From positions 196,397 through 260,396 of the forward strand of contig NMRA01000033.1 in NCBI GenBank assembly GCA_002633005.1: 64,000 nucleotides of DNA, written 5' to 3'. The notes under the pieces are model-generated. The model was not told where the DNA came from and ran no database searches. It worked only from the letters and a program-made list of their open reading frames with translations. How positions within the stretch are numbered: position 1 is the first letter of the stretch; each line of letters opens with the position of its first letter. This DNA comes from Phoronis australis. Taxonomy: Eukaryota; Animalia; Phoronida. The position numbers and the translations under genes were made by a program. Positions 62,186 to 64,000 of the stretch are shown one piece after another.

Positions 62186-62637
62186 CTGCAAGATGGCCGA
62201 TGTGATGAAAATGTCATGTACATGTAGTAATAAATAACAATACATCCTGATATAAAAATGATCTTAAAAAAAAGATTGGTGACAATACACACAGATAAAT
62301 TATTGTTAAAGCTACATTTCACTTGGTTTAGCTTCAGGCTTCACAAAACAAAAATCGAATTTGGCTTTTACTCCCATAAAATTGGTCCCATAATTTCCCT
62401 TACACTGTTAGGTTTTCATTTCCGTTAAACCAACTCAAGTAAAAGACAGTGCTGCATCATTTTCAAATCTGTAATTTTAGGTTTGACCAACCCCTGAAGC
62501 CGTTTTCAAGAGTCGCGTTGGAAAAAGAATCCTATCACACTAAGGATTATGAGTTTAATGAGAGTAAAATGCTCAATTTTATTTTTATACTTAGCTAAGC
62601 AGGGTGAAATTCAAAAGACCCAGAAATGAATAATTAT

Positions 62638-62735
62638 AGTCCCCTTACAGGGGTGCCACATATTGAGAACCAATTTCTCCATTGAGTAACTGGCATCAAA
62701 TTGGTTCTCAAAATCCAGGGACCCCTGTAAGTGAC
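62638..62735. repeat. ~100-nt imperfect hairpin
   Basis: cttacaggggt / acccctgtaag and ttgagaaccaattt / aaattggttctcaa. Confidence 0.75.
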
Positions 62736-63280
62736 TTATTGACCTGGAGTGGATACTTACTAAAAGATAACATCGACTGATTTAAACAAGGACAATACAT
62801 AGACACAAGAAAATAAATTTTTCCATCCAAAAAACATTAGAAATACGTGCAGAAATTTAGAGTTTATCAGTAAGTAAATGTGATGTGGGGCACTGTTACG
62901 ACAGTTGAGATATGTTCAAGAAATATAATGGAAAAGCTATGCATATGACTGGATTGGTTTTTAATTTTCTGTTATTGCCTAGTTTATAGCTGAACTTGGG
63001 ATTGAATTTTTCATTAAAGTTTAACAGACATTTTGCGCACAATAAAATGCTTTTGCTAAAGAGAACCAAGTGGACCAACATGAGGGCCTGTTTCACTAAA
63101 CTGTAGTATATTACTTAAATGACATTGGTTTCTACAGGCTAAACGTAGAGTTACAACCAGTCATAATTTTTGGAGGAAGTCTCTGTTTAGATACTGTGTA
63201 AAATTCTTTGAAGGTTTAGACTTACTCGTGAAATCACATCAGTTTTTGGCTATAATAGAATCAAAAAACGGACAATTGCA

Positions 63281-63380
63281 GCACAAATGAAAAAGTTCAT
63301 ATCGATTTAACGTTTCCTCTATTCATTAGACATCATCAATAGACGAAACGTTGAATCAATGTGAACTTTTTCATTTGTGC
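63281..63380. repeat. 100-nt near-perfect hairpin
   Basis: 43-bp arms gcacaaatgaaaaagttcatatcgatttaacgtttcctctatt / aatagacgaaacgttgaatcaatgtgaactttttcatttgtgc. Confidence 0.85.
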
Positions 63381-64000
63381 AGCGTTACTTATCAAGGGTT
63401 AACAACTTGATTTTGGTGGGCCAAAATTTTAGAAGGATTTGTTACAATTAGGGGATCAGGTGTAAAATGAAAAATTGTCAGCAACAACATAGATGCCAGG
63501 CAGTGCATTTAAAAGGGAATCAGGGGCTTATGGGAAACCCAACTTTTGTTTTAGGCAACTTAATGGTCTCACCATCTTGTTCCTTGATTTCTTGGCTTCA
63601 TTAGCAAAGAACTAACAGGTCTTTACTGATTCAGACAATGCTCATAAAGTTTGCTTGTCACAGCTAGTTTATTTCAGCCTCGGACACACTCTGAACAATG
63701 GTTATCGGGAGAATTACAAGGCTCAGAATCTAATCTCCGATTTCAGACTTGAATGATAGACTTGAAACTTAACCAATCACGGCACATGATTCGAGTAACA
63801 ACTTGTACATTTACTTGAAGCACGCTATATGCTTGGTTAATTTTACAGTTGAGTTTGGAATACAGAGATTATATCGCGGGCCCAGGTGTTTTAATATTTA
63901 TTGCAATCAAATTGAATTGGATGAAAAGGATAATAAATGAAAGATGTAGCATTGGAAGAACAAATGCATCAGTAAGGATTTTGACACCAGAACAGGGATT

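Overview
This is eukaryotic, AT-rich, intron-rich genomic DNA; an invertebrate bilaterian is my inference from the gene content and transposon types. Three protein-coding genes can be reconstructed by hand from GT-AG splice sites with consistent exon phases. (1) The first coding exon of a small CTD phosphatase (CTDSP/SCP family) lies on the minus strand at 13206-13278, with the rest running left out of the window. (2) A complete 11-exon, ~773-aa secreted protein with a PA domain and a bacterial-type PNGase F fold lies on the plus strand at 13880-32281, head-to-head with CTDSP. (3) The 3' ten coding exons of a Ca2+/calmodulin-dependent phosphodiesterase (PDE1) lie on the minus strand at 46675-62185. 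The most striking mobile element is a young, internally deleted Kolobok-type DNA transposon at 24419-26108. It has TTAA TSDs, 147-bp perfect TIRs, and convergent THAP-transposase and KolX (P2X7-ballast-like) ORF remnants that now overlap antisense. Also present: a 5'-truncated LINE with an 11-bp TSD, a Penelope GIY-YIG fragment, many MITEs with 5-, 6- and 8-bp TSDs, 79-bp and 32-bp minisatellites, and long hairpins. Most ORFs in the supplied track are spurious. All family assignments come from motif recognition, not database searches.
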